From: an uncultured Verrucomicrobiota bacterium
GTDB lineage: Bacteria; Verrucomicrobiota; Verrucomicrobiia; CAIQCK01
NCBI GenBank assembly: GCA_964524715.1
Contig: CAZGGF010000276.1
Span: 6,135-70,134 of the forward strand
Direction of reading: 5' to 3'
DNA length: 64,000 nucleotides
In this document: positions 1-8,651 of the stretch, one piece after another
Layout of the letters: each line of letters starts with the position of its first letter
Position numbering within the stretch: position 1 is the first letter of the stretch
Program-made: the position numbers and the translations under genes
The notes under the pieces: generated by a model
What the model saw: only the letters and a program-made list of their open reading frames with translations
Told to the model about the DNA's origin: nothing
Database searches by the model: none

Positions 1-695
1 GACATGGGACCCGACGACAAATCGAGTTTGACGATGCGCGGCTCTTCGATCACGCGCCGGGACCGCTCCACGTGCGCAGCCAGCACGTTCATTGGGTTGT
101 TGCAAGCGAAGAACACTTCCGCGCCCGCTTCCAACGCCTGCCAAGCCGTGCCGATCACCGACGACGTTTCGCCGCCCTCCGTGATCGCCACCAGCACGTC
201 GCCGCGTCCAAGGCCCGCTTCCACGGCCTGCTGCCGGCCAAAGGTCACATAGTCTTCGAAGAATTCCACCGAACGCACCAGCGCGTAATCGCCGCCGGTC
301 ATGATGCTCAGCGCGGCGTTCTCAGCCTGAAACACACCTGAACCGAGTTTAGCGCGAGCCTCACGCCAGAAAGCGCGATAGGCCGCCTCCAGCAAAATGC
401 TCAGCCGTCCGGTCGCGCCACAACCGCTGAAACAAATGCGACCGCCCCGATTCAGCGCCCCCGTCAGCGTTTCGACGAGTTTTCGGAATTCCCCTGTCGC
501 GAACACGCGTTGCGCCGCTGCCGTGACGTCTTCATCCACCACTTGCAGCATCTTGATTCCCGCGCGCACATCCTTTGCGATCACCTCGGCCAATCCGCGC
601 GTCTTCGGATGCGACTGTTCGGTCGGCAGCACACCAAGGTGAAACTCGCCCTCGAACTTTACGAAATGTTCAGCTTCTTGTCTTGCGTCGTCCAT
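1..695 (-). CDS. SIS-domain sugar-phosphate etherase/isomerase, MurQ/GCKR-like (N-terminal ~231 aa; C-terminus lies beyond window start)
   Basis: Not in the supplied track because there is no stop in the window. Hand translation of the minus strand from ATG (CAT at 693-695) gives MDDARQEAEHFVKFEGEFHLGVLPTEQSHPKTRGLAEV...GGRICFSGCGATGRLSILLEAAY...DVLVAITEGGETSSVIG. The frame is open to nt 1. The TEQ.HP.T and G.G.TGRL motifs resemble the N-acetylmuramate-6-P etherase family. Confidence 0.65.
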   Translation of the reverse strand, partial: MDDARQEAEHFVKFEGEFHLGVLPTEQSHPKTRGLAEVIAKDVRAGIKMLQVVDEDVTAAAQRVFATGEFRKLVETLTGALNRGGRICFSGCGATGRLSILLEAAYRAFWREARAKLGSGVFQAENAALSIMTGGDYALVRSVEFFEDYVTFGRQQAVEAGLGRGDVLVAITEGGETSSVIGTAWQALEAGAEVFFACNNPMNVLAAHVERSRRVIEEPRIVKLDLSSGPM

Positions 696-718
696 GTCTG
701 TTCTCCGTGGTTGATGAT

Positions 719-2653
719 TCAAAATATCCGCGAGCCGGTCGCCAGCGATCGATACGGCAATGTGGATGATGGTGTGTAAGCGCCTTTCGCTCCTTCGTCC
801 AGTTCCGCAATCGCGGCAATCTTGCCATCAATGAGTTCGCCAAGCCGCTGCGCCAGTTCGCGATAACGCGCCGCCTGCCCGGCAAATCGAATTTGCAGCA
901 CCTCCAGCCCAAACGGCTCGCAACGGGCCAGCCACAAGGTCCGGAACGATTGTGCCAATTTCTCGATGAGCGCGACTGCTTGTGGAATTTCCTTGCGCAC
1001 CGCCGCCAGGGCGCGAGTGTCCTTCGCCGCGTAGGCGTCAAAGAGGCGTGCGGCAATGCCGACTTTGGCTGCCTGCACGCGGGCCACCAGCCACGCGTGG
1101 CCCACATCGCCGGCGGCGCGATCGTTGCGGTGCGATTCCAACGCGCGAGCCACCTCGAGATAGTGTTTCTCAGCATCGCGCAATGTGGGGCCTTTGCCGC
1201 GCGCGACCTTACGGAGATACATCGCCAGCAAGGGATCGTCCCACATCACGCTGCAACTTTGCAGTGGCTCGTTAATCCTGGAAGCCGTCCGGTGGACGGC
1301 GAGATCGGAGAAACAAACGGCACGAAAACGTTTGGCGAGTTTCTCTTCAGCCACGGTGCCATCGCCGAAGCACTTCTCGGCCGCGTAGGCCAGCCCGGCG
1401 AATGACGAGTCGAGTTCCCAGAAGGCGCCGTCGTCGGACCACAAGGTAAAGAGCATCTCCTTCAAGCCTGCCTCGCGGCATGCATCCACGCACGGGCTGG
1501 CGAATTTTTCGGTATTGTTCCAGTTGTGCCAGAAGTTGGGCCATGACCAGACGCCCGAGGCCATCACCGGCTCCGAACCCAGCGCGCGATGACTGCTGAT
1601 GCGATCGATGTAATGTTTCTTGTCGGCCTTGTAGTAGTCCCAATAAACCAGATCGAGATTCTTCGGCAGCGCGGCAACAACCTCGGCGGGGATCTTGCTG
1701 TTCTTGTCGTAATGGCTGCCGGAAACGTTGGCCAGTTTGAAAAGCACGTCCGACCAGATCATGGGCCGCAGACCGTGGCGTTCGCAGATCGCCGCGACCC
1801 GTTTGAGATGCTCGCTGTAGATGTCCAGCCCGCGACGGTAGCCGTTGCGGTCGAGGTAACGACCGCGGCCGAGGTCGTAGGTTTCGTCCATGCCAAGGTG
1901 AAACCGCCGGCTGCGAAACACGCCGGCCCAATGCGCGACCATTTTCTCGATGAGTTCATACGTGCGCGGCTCGCCAACCAACAGCACGTGCTCGGTGTCG
2001 CGCAGGCCGGCATACGGCGTCCACTTCAGAAGCTGTTCGAGGTGGCCGAGGGCCTGGATGGAGCCGATCATCTCGATGCCGAGCTGTGCCGCATACTGGT
2101 CGAGCGCCTTCAGGTCGTCGGGCTTGTAGTTGCCGCGCATGTAGCCGAAGCAAGGTTCGCCGGGCAATTGGTAGCCCGCTTCCGTATAGACCATCGCCAC
2201 ATCATAGCCCAACAGCGCAAGGCGCCGGAGCCACTTGCGGAAGTGGTCGGGCCGCACCGTGGCGTTGTGGCCGCAGTCGAGCACGATGCCGAGGGTTGAG
2301 AATGCCGGCCGGTCTTTGATCGTCGCACCGTCCTGCACCAATCCCGCCAGCAGCGTCCCCAACGCGCGACCAGCATGGGAGAGCTTGGCGTAGCGAATCA
2401 CCGCCTTGTCTCCATTCAAACGAACCGAGCAACCGGCTATACCGGCATCCTGTTCGACTTGGAGCGACACCTCACCGTCGCGTGGCGCACCATTCTGCAT
2501 TTCGCGGATGGGGTACTCTTCGCCAAGGCTCCTCAACATCGGACGGATGTCGGGTGGAACGGATTCAGCCCGCCAGCACAGCCGCGTGGCAGCGGGTGCC
2601 GTTTGAGCGAACACCAACAACAACACAACAACCAACATGGATGTCAGTTTCAT
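719..2653 (-). CDS. Glycoside hydrolase family 20-like beta-N-acetylhexosaminidase, secreted
   Basis: 644-aa ORF with signal peptide MKLTSMLVVVLLLVFAQTAPA. TIM-barrel core: LGIVLDCGHN...GYDVAMVYTE...IEMIGSIQALGHL...FHLGMDETYDLG. Confidence 0.7.
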   Translation of the reverse strand: MKLTSMLVVVLLLVFAQTAPAATRLCWRAESVPPDIRPMLRSLGEEYPIREMQNGAPRDGEVSLQVEQDAGIAGCSVRLNGDKAVIRYAKLSHAGRALGTLLAGLVQDGATIKDRPAFSTLGIVLDCGHNATVRPDHFRKWLRRLALLGYDVAMVYTEAGYQLPGEPCFGYMRGNYKPDDLKALDQYAAQLGIEMIGSIQALGHLEQLLKWTPYAGLRDTEHVLLVGEPRTYELIEKMVAHWAGVFRSRRFHLGMDETYDLGRGRYLDRNGYRRGLDIYSEHLKRVAAICERHGLRPMIWSDVLFKLANVSGSHYDKNSKIPAEVVAALPKNLDLVYWDYYKADKKHYIDRISSHRALGSEPVMASGVWSWPNFWHNWNNTEKFASPCVDACREAGLKEMLFTLWSDDGAFWELDSSFAGLAYAAEKCFGDGTVAEEKLAKRFRAVCFSDLAVHRTASRINEPLQSCSVMWDDPLLAMYLRKVARGKGPTLRDAEKHYLEVARALESHRNDRAAGDVGHAWLVARVQAAKVGIAARLFDAYAAKDTRALAAVRKEIPQAVALIEKLAQSFRTLWLARCEPFGLEVLQIRFAGQAARYRELAQRLGELIDGKIAAIAELDEGAKGAYTPSSTLPYRSLATGSRIF

Positions 2654-2835
2654 GTCTTCTTTCCTCGGGGTTTAATACAGCGTTGTATTCGTCGGCTATA
2701 CGACCAGAGCCGCGCTGCCAGGCAACGCTCCGCCGGCATTGAAGCGAACGCCCGCAAAGCAGTGGACCGCTTCACTACGTTGTAACAAATCGGGTACGGC
2801 GAGTTGGTAATAAGTGCTCTCTCCTTGTCTGTCGA

Positions 2836-4431
2836 TCAATCCATTTCCGTCGGCTGCTCGAACGTGTTCCAGCCGGCGCGCTCGAACTTGCCGTCGGCGG
2901 GCACAAGTTTGCGCAGGATGGAGGCGGTCACAGCGCGGGAAAGGGAACCTTCGGTTTGCCATAAGCCGAGCGCAGCCTGGTCCTTCGACCACACGCAGGC
3001 AGCGACATGATGCAGTACTGGGATGCTCTGGACAAGATGATGCCATGTTGTCATCAGCAGGCCGGCGCTGTTGTTCGCAATGGCGCCCTTCGCCAGCGCG
3101 CGGATGTTGGCTGCCGAGTTCCACGGACACGCGATTGTTTCCAGGCCACGCTCGCGGAAATGACTCAGCGTTGGAACCTCGCCTTTCACGCCGTAATGCC
3201 AGTCGGCAATCACAATCTTGCGGGAGATGTGGTCCAGCGCCAGATGCGTTGGCAGCGTCGGCGAGCCGTTGGCGGCGAAGCCCGACGGCCATTTCGCGCG
3301 CTCCAGCAACGCGTCGCCCCACATCATGGCGCGACGTCCGCGCTTCTCGATGTGCGCGGCAAGGTTGTTGATGTGATCGGCAAAAAGCTGCACACGGTCC
3401 GCTTGCCGGCAGCGGTCACAGGTTGCGTGCGAGTAAGCTTCGTCGCAACCCATGTGATAATACTGTCCCGGCCCGGCAAATTCGATCAGTTCGTCGCACA
3501 CGCGCCGCAGCAAATCTTGGGCACGCGGGTTGGTCAGACACCACGTCCAGCCGTCTGGCTCAAACAACGAAGCGAGCCGCGGGTTCTGGTCGAGCACGAC
3601 GTGCCGGCCGTACTTGATGCGGCAGGCGGTGGCGTGGCCCCACGAGTTGAACATCGGGATGACCTCCATCCCCATGTCGCGGGCGATGCCAACGAGTCTG
3701 CCCGCCTGCGCTTTCGTCCATGCCTCGGGCCATGATAATTCCTTCAGCGCATCGAGCTTCAGCATGCCCCAGAACTCCAGCACGACGTGTGTGAATTTGA
3801 AGAACGCGGCAAGCCGGATCGCCTTTTCAATCATCACCGGCGACGTCTCGTGGAAGATGCAGAGGTGCAACCCGCGGAATTTCATCGCCGGCCAATCCTG
3901 AATCTCGACATGCGGCAACGTAAACGCGAGGCCACCGCCCGCCGCGTCGTCGGCGTCGAGCAATTGAAGCATTGTAAACCATGCATGACGCATCGCCGCC
4001 GGATCGGTCGCACTCGCTCCGATGCCCGACGCGTCCACTTTGAGCGCGTAGGTGGCGTTCGGCTCCCGTTGTGGGGAGCGCGCGCCTGCGAGCGAGAATT
4101 CGCAAGCCTTCAACGCTGCGTCATGCGTGATCGCCAATTCCACCGTGTTGAATGTGAACCGCCGCCACATGTCTATCATCATCTTGACAATGCCCTCGTC
4201 GCAGTCACGGCCTACCGCGAGTGCCGCGCGTTTGCTGAGGCTCAGCGTCCCCGTGCCCCACGTAATCTTGTTCGGATAGGGATGGATGCTGCGCGGCAGC
4301 ACACCGGTTGTCGGTGGCGCGGCCGACTGTGCGTATGCTGCGCTGCCAAGCGCGAGCGTGCCGGCAATGGCTGCGGAGGTTTTCAGGAACTCGCGACGTG
4401 AAGTTGAGATGGGCTGAGTGGGTGTCTTCAT
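2836..4431 (-). CDS. GH20-like hexosaminidase-fold glycosidase with twin-arginine signal
   Basis: Start moved to the internal ATG at 4431 (MKTPTQPISTSRREFLKTSAAIAGTLALGSAAYA = TAT signal), 10 nt after the stop of the upstream gene. Core motifs: FRGLHLCIFH...VLEFWGM...VIPMFNSWGHA...HMGCDEA. Confidence 0.6.
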   Translation of the reverse strand: MKTPTQPISTSRREFLKTSAAIAGTLALGSAAYAQSAAPPTTGVLPRSIHPYPNKITWGTGTLSLSKRAALAVGRDCDEGIVKMMIDMWRRFTFNTVELAITHDAALKACEFSLAGARSPQREPNATYALKVDASGIGASATDPAAMRHAWFTMLQLLDADDAAGGGLAFTLPHVEIQDWPAMKFRGLHLCIFHETSPVMIEKAIRLAAFFKFTHVVLEFWGMLKLDALKELSWPEAWTKAQAGRLVGIARDMGMEVIPMFNSWGHATACRIKYGRHVVLDQNPRLASLFEPDGWTWCLTNPRAQDLLRRVCDELIEFAGPGQYYHMGCDEAYSHATCDRCRQADRVQLFADHINNLAAHIEKRGRRAMMWGDALLERAKWPSGFAANGSPTLPTHLALDHISRKIVIADWHYGVKGEVPTLSHFRERGLETIACPWNSAANIRALAKGAIANNSAGLLMTTWHHLVQSIPVLHHVAACVWSKDQAALGLWQTEGSLSRAVTASILRKLVPADGKFERAGWNTFEQPTEMD

Positions 4432-4441
4432 GGTTTGATGG

Positions 4442-5797
4442 TCATTCTGCGGTTGCTTTGCCGGTGATGGTGGCATGTTCGGCGATGTAGCGATAACTGT
4501 AAAGCCAGCCGTTGGCTACATACCAAACATCCTTGCGATTCGCGACGTGGCTCAAATGCTGCACCAGGGTCGAGCCTTGAACGCCATCCCGTCCCGGGCG
4601 CGGATCATGGATCGCGCTATTGAGATAGCGGTCAGGGTGCCACATGGCGTAGCAGATCCCGCCGGCGTCGTGCACGCGGTCGAACGCTGCATTCAATTCC
4701 GCAACGTCCGCGGCAAAGAAACGCCCTTTTGGAGTGCGCCCTGCAAAGACACGGTCATAGTCCTTGGGGTTCAGCCCGCCGACGCCGTAGAACTTGCGCG
4801 CGGCGTCCCACGCTGCGTAATCGGTGTTGGCAGGGGTATCACGACCATTGTAGCCCCGCACGAACAGGAATTCGGCGGCATCCGTGTCTAGGACGGCATC
4901 GTCTTTGTATCCGGAGGTGAGGATGTGCTCGAAGACATGCTGGCCGAAGGGAATGTGACGAAGGTGCTGAAGGATTTCGTCCCGGCAACCGAGAATCTCC
5001 GCCTTGCAGCCGTGAACGTTGTAGCCTTTTGCATTGCCGGGATGAGTTTGCGCGTGAACGGCCGGCTCCCAACTGAAATCGCGCCGGTCCAATTCCTGCT
5101 GCATCGCATTCCACATCGCGTTACTGCCGGCCATGTGCGTATTGATGGCGATCGAAACGGGCAGTTTGAAACTGCGGCAGACTCGCAGGGCCGCCTGGTA
5201 ATTATCACAAGGGTCGTCGTCTGCCGCGCGCCAAGCAGCGCCGGGATTTGCTGTCGCCTTGCGGCCCCAGTTGTCGAGCGAGAGAGTATAGGCCGCCTTG
5301 CGATCGTCATAATACCTGGCCACACCGACAAACCGCGCCGAGGTCACATTCGCAAACGACAGTTCGATGGAGTTGCTGGTCCCGAAACCCACTGAAACAA
5401 ATGCGCGCCCGCCGCTGTAGTCAAACCGCACACACTCAACACCGTTGAAGAAGTTGGTGGCGGTTTTTTTGGGCAGGACTTTCCATCCCTCAGACGGATT
5501 GTCCCGGCGACTGACCTTCGCGCCGAGAGACAAGCCCGAGATGTCAAAAATATACGTCACCGGATACTGAAAGCCCCACTTGCTCCACATCGCCCGATCC
5601 ACCGAGACGATGAACTCTTTTTCCGCCGAATCGGCGGCGGAACCAGCCGACAGACAGAAGGCTGCCAGGAACAGTAACGGGAGCAAAAACCTCGCGAGCC
5701 AGCGAGTCTGCACACGGATCACTGAGTCACGCCGCGAGGCCGCGATGGGTAAGATTGGCGCATTCATCATTTTGGGATTGTTGTGTTGTCGGAGCAT
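4442..5797 (-). CDS. Polysaccharide deacetylase (CE4/NodB-homology)-like secreted protein
   Basis: 451-aa ORF with an N-terminal hydrophobic anchor (LLPLLFLAAFCLSAGSA). LSLDNWG and HAQTHP resemble CE4 motif 1 and the H-x-x-H motif. The assignment is tentative. Confidence 0.45.
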   Translation of the reverse strand: MLRQHNNPKMMNAPILPIAASRRDSVIRVQTRWLARFLLPLLFLAAFCLSAGSAADSAEKEFIVSVDRAMWSKWGFQYPVTYIFDISGLSLGAKVSRRDNPSEGWKVLPKKTATNFFNGVECVRFDYSGGRAFVSVGFGTSNSIELSFANVTSARFVGVARYYDDRKAAYTLSLDNWGRKATANPGAAWRAADDDPCDNYQAALRVCRSFKLPVSIAINTHMAGSNAMWNAMQQELDRRDFSWEPAVHAQTHPGNAKGYNVHGCKAEILGCRDEILQHLRHIPFGQHVFEHILTSGYKDDAVLDTDAAEFLFVRGYNGRDTPANTDYAAWDAARKFYGVGGLNPKDYDRVFAGRTPKGRFFAADVAELNAAFDRVHDAGGICYAMWHPDRYLNSAIHDPRPGRDGVQGSTLVQHLSHVANRKDVWYVANGWLYSYRYIAEHATITGKATAE

Positions 5798-5805
5798 CGC
5801 ATTTG

Positions 5806-7005
5806 TCAGATAAAGTTCGCCAGCATCTCCAGAACTCCACGGTCAACCGTGCCGAATCGGTTGACGAGGTCACGCCGCATCATTTCCACATCCTGCGACG
5901 GGACAAAGTCAGACACATACCGAAACCGACCCATCCGTCTGCCTACGATGAAGGCCTCCTGATCGGATGGATTCATGTTCAGGAAGCGATTAATTGGCTC
6001 AAGCATCCGTTGCTTGCCCTCGGGCAGCTTCCCGGCCACATCCTCCAGAAGGTTCATGATGTGATCACTCTGCAGGGTGCTCGTAACGCCATTGAGGCGT
6101 TCAATACAGGTCTTGATTTCGCGTACCCTTCCTTCTTCCGAGACAGGCTCCCATCGTCCTTCGGTCATCATGCGATAGAGTGGAGTGCCCGGCACCGGCA
6201 CCGTGCTCCGGACCCGTATGAAGGTCGGGTTGACGGCAGAGAGCACGGCAGCCGACTCGACGGCATGTTCTTCGGACAACTCCCGTCCGCCGAGGCCCGG
6301 CATGAAATACTCCGAGAGTTCGATCCCTGCGGCCATCACATGGCGGCCCGACCGGATCTGCTCCTCCTGCGTGAGGCCTTTTTGGACGAGGGAAAGAACG
6401 GTGTTCGACCCTGATTCCATGCCGATGTGGATCCGGTTGAGGCCGGCAGCCCGCAGCGATTTCAATTCGTCCAGCGACTTGCGGCTGACCGTTTTGGCCC
6501 GTGCATAGCTGGTGATCCGTGTAAGGGTGGGAAAGGCCGCGCGCGCGTAATGCAGGATCTCCACCAACTGCTGCGTGCGCAGAACCAGCGCGTCGGCGTC
6601 CTGCAAGAAAAGGCTTTGCAGACCGTGGCACATCCAGAAAGCCATCTGCCGCGCACACTCGGGCGCCACCTCATCGTCATAGTCCAGGCTCCTGACGGCC
6701 TCAACAACCGCAGCGCGGTCTGTCGCGGCGCTGCGCGGGACGTTCATGCGGCGGCGAATCTTGTCCGCAATGGCAGCCATCGCGTCAATATCCCGTTTGA
6801 TTTCGCCAACCGTCCGGATTGAGAACCGCTCGTGTTTATATACGGGGCAGAAGGCACATTTGTTCCAGTGACAGTGACGAGTGATCCTGAGGAGGATGCT
6901 CTCGGCTTCGCTGGGGGGCCGTATGGGGCCGGTTTCAAAGGCGATCATGGTGTCGAAGTCAGTATTGTCCCCACCAGTTCCCGCATCTGCTCGATGGTCT
7001 GGCAC
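5806..7005 (-). CDS. Radical SAM enzyme with non-canonical Cx4Cx2C cluster motif
   Basis: 399-aa ORF. ITRHCHWNKCAFCPVY was confirmed by hand translation of 6847-6873. GPIRPPSEAESILLRIT lies upstream of the motif. The stop is 8 nt before the CE4-like start. Confidence 0.75.
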   Translation of the reverse strand: MPDHRADAGTGGDNTDFDTMIAFETGPIRPPSEAESILLRITRHCHWNKCAFCPVYKHERFSIRTVGEIKRDIDAMAAIADKIRRRMNVPRSAATDRAAVVEAVRSLDYDDEVAPECARQMAFWMCHGLQSLFLQDADALVLRTQQLVEILHYARAAFPTLTRITSYARAKTVSRKSLDELKSLRAAGLNRIHIGMESGSNTVLSLVQKGLTQEEQIRSGRHVMAAGIELSEYFMPGLGGRELSEEHAVESAAVLSAVNPTFIRVRSTVPVPGTPLYRMMTEGRWEPVSEEGRVREIKTCIERLNGVTSTLQSDHIMNLLEDVAGKLPEGKQRMLEPINRFLNMNPSDQEAFIVGRRMGRFRYVSDFVPSQDVEMMRRDLVNRFGTVDRGVLEMLANFI

Positions 7006-7132
7006 AGCCTTTCTGCAGGCACGAGTTTGTCCACTGCTCGCGTCTTCTTCACGTCAGTCCGGTTTGGGTCTTCGAGCCGCATGGGCGTCTCCAGATGAAT
7101 GTCGTTAAAGCTTTTCGAGGCGATTCTCGCGA

Positions 7133-8539
7133 TTACGGTTTCTTGCCAACGAAGAAACCGAAGGCTTCAAGTTCCAAAGCCAGCTTGCCCTGTGCCGGGA
7201 CGGTCTTGGCTCCGTCGGAAACCAACGCGTTGAACTTCCCCGGCAGCTCGATGTGCGCCTTGATCTTGCGGTTCGACAGGTTTGCGACGGTGATGATCTC
7301 CCCGCCGCCAGCGCGGCGGAGGAATGACAGCACGGCGCCGGACTGGTCGTTGTCGAGCCAGATGACTTCGCCGCCGGTCAATGCCGGTTCGGTGCGTCGC
7401 AACTGGCAGAGTTTCTGGTGAAACGTGAACTCCTTTTTCGCTTTCGGCAGACAGGCGGCCTCCCAGCGAACGGCCCAGCGCGCGTAAATGCTCTGCGCCG
7501 ACGTGTCGCCAATCTCCTGGCCGTTATAAAGCAACGGCACACCGTCGAGAGTGAAGTTGACGACGGACATGGCTGCCGCGCCGCGTTCGCCACACACCAC
7601 TTCTGCCCGGCGCATGTCGTTAACGATGTCATGATTCTCGGTGAAACGGATGAACCGCGCGCCGCGCGGGCGTTCGTTTCGTTGTTTCTCCCAAACCGTG
7701 CGCAAAGAGGACGCCTGCTGGCCGCGCGCGCACACGCCCAGCAACGCATGATACCAAGGGTAGCTGTAGTTCACGTCAAATGCTTTGAGTTGGTCGCTTG
7801 GACGGTTTCCCTCCGCCAGCATGGCGAGGTCGGGCCGGGTCGGGTTGAGCCGGCTGCGCGCTTCCTCCCAGAAATCCAGCGGCACCTTGTCGGACACATC
7901 ACACCGGAACCCGTCCACGTCGAAACGCTTTACCCAGTGCATCATGTTCGCCCAGAAATACTCGCGAAGTTCACGATTGCCCAAGTTCAGCATGGGAAAG
8001 TTGTAGTTGCCGATCAGCACCTTCCCGACCGCGTCCTGCTGGTAACACTCAGGGCGTTTCATCAACACGCACGTCGGCCCCGAGTGCATGTAAACCATGT
8101 CCATCAGCACGCGCAGGCCCAGCTTATGGGCGGTGGCGATAAACGCGCGCAGGTCGGCCTCGCTGCCGAACTCCGGGTCCACGCGGTTGTAATCCTTGAT
8201 GCGGTATGGGTTCCGCGGATTGTTGGCGCCGGAGGCCTTCTGACGCGGACTCCAGAACTCCTGCCGCATGTCGGCGTCCTGAAGACAAATCGGACTGAGG
8301 TAGATGATGTTCGCGCCAAGTTCCGCCACCTGCGGCAACCGCTTCGCCGCAGCGCGCAACGTGCCCTCCGGAGTGAACCCGCGCAGCCAGACTTGATACA
8401 TGACGCCGCGCGTCAGCCACTCCGGCGACGGGCGGGCTTGAAGCGACGCCAAATTCTGTGCCGGCTCACCAGCGTGGACACTCCCCCCCCACAACAAAAG
8501 CACTACCATCCATCGAGCGAGGAACTGTTTGGCTTTCAT
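7133..8539 (-). CDS. GH13 alpha-amylase-family glycosidase, secreted
   Basis: GH13 conserved regions: VLMDMVYMHSG, DGFRCDVSDKVPLDFW, MLAEG, FTENHD. The likely start is MKAKQFLARWMVVLLLWGGSVHA at 8539. The longer ORF start at 8614 is possible. Confidence 0.8.
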   Translation of the reverse strand: MKAKQFLARWMVVLLLWGGSVHAGEPAQNLASLQARPSPEWLTRGVMYQVWLRGFTPEGTLRAAAKRLPQVAELGANIIYLSPICLQDADMRQEFWSPRQKASGANNPRNPYRIKDYNRVDPEFGSEADLRAFIATAHKLGLRVLMDMVYMHSGPTCVLMKRPECYQQDAVGKVLIGNYNFPMLNLGNRELREYFWANMMHWVKRFDVDGFRCDVSDKVPLDFWEEARSRLNPTRPDLAMLAEGNRPSDQLKAFDVNYSYPWYHALLGVCARGQQASSLRTVWEKQRNERPRGARFIRFTENHDIVNDMRRAEVVCGERGAAAMSVVNFTLDGVPLLYNGQEIGDTSAQSIYARWAVRWEAACLPKAKKEFTFHQKLCQLRRTEPALTGGEVIWLDNDQSGAVLSFLRRAGGGEIITVANLSNRKIKAHIELPGKFNALVSDGAKTVPAQGKLALELEAFGFFVGKKP

Positions 8540-8651
8540 GAAAGAATCTCCGGCATCTGTCTTCCCGAACCCTGCGGAGGATTGAGGTTCGGTCTTGGAT
8601 GTAGTCACAGTCATGACAACTCCTTACGCCGTTGATTGGATGCGTGGGTTA

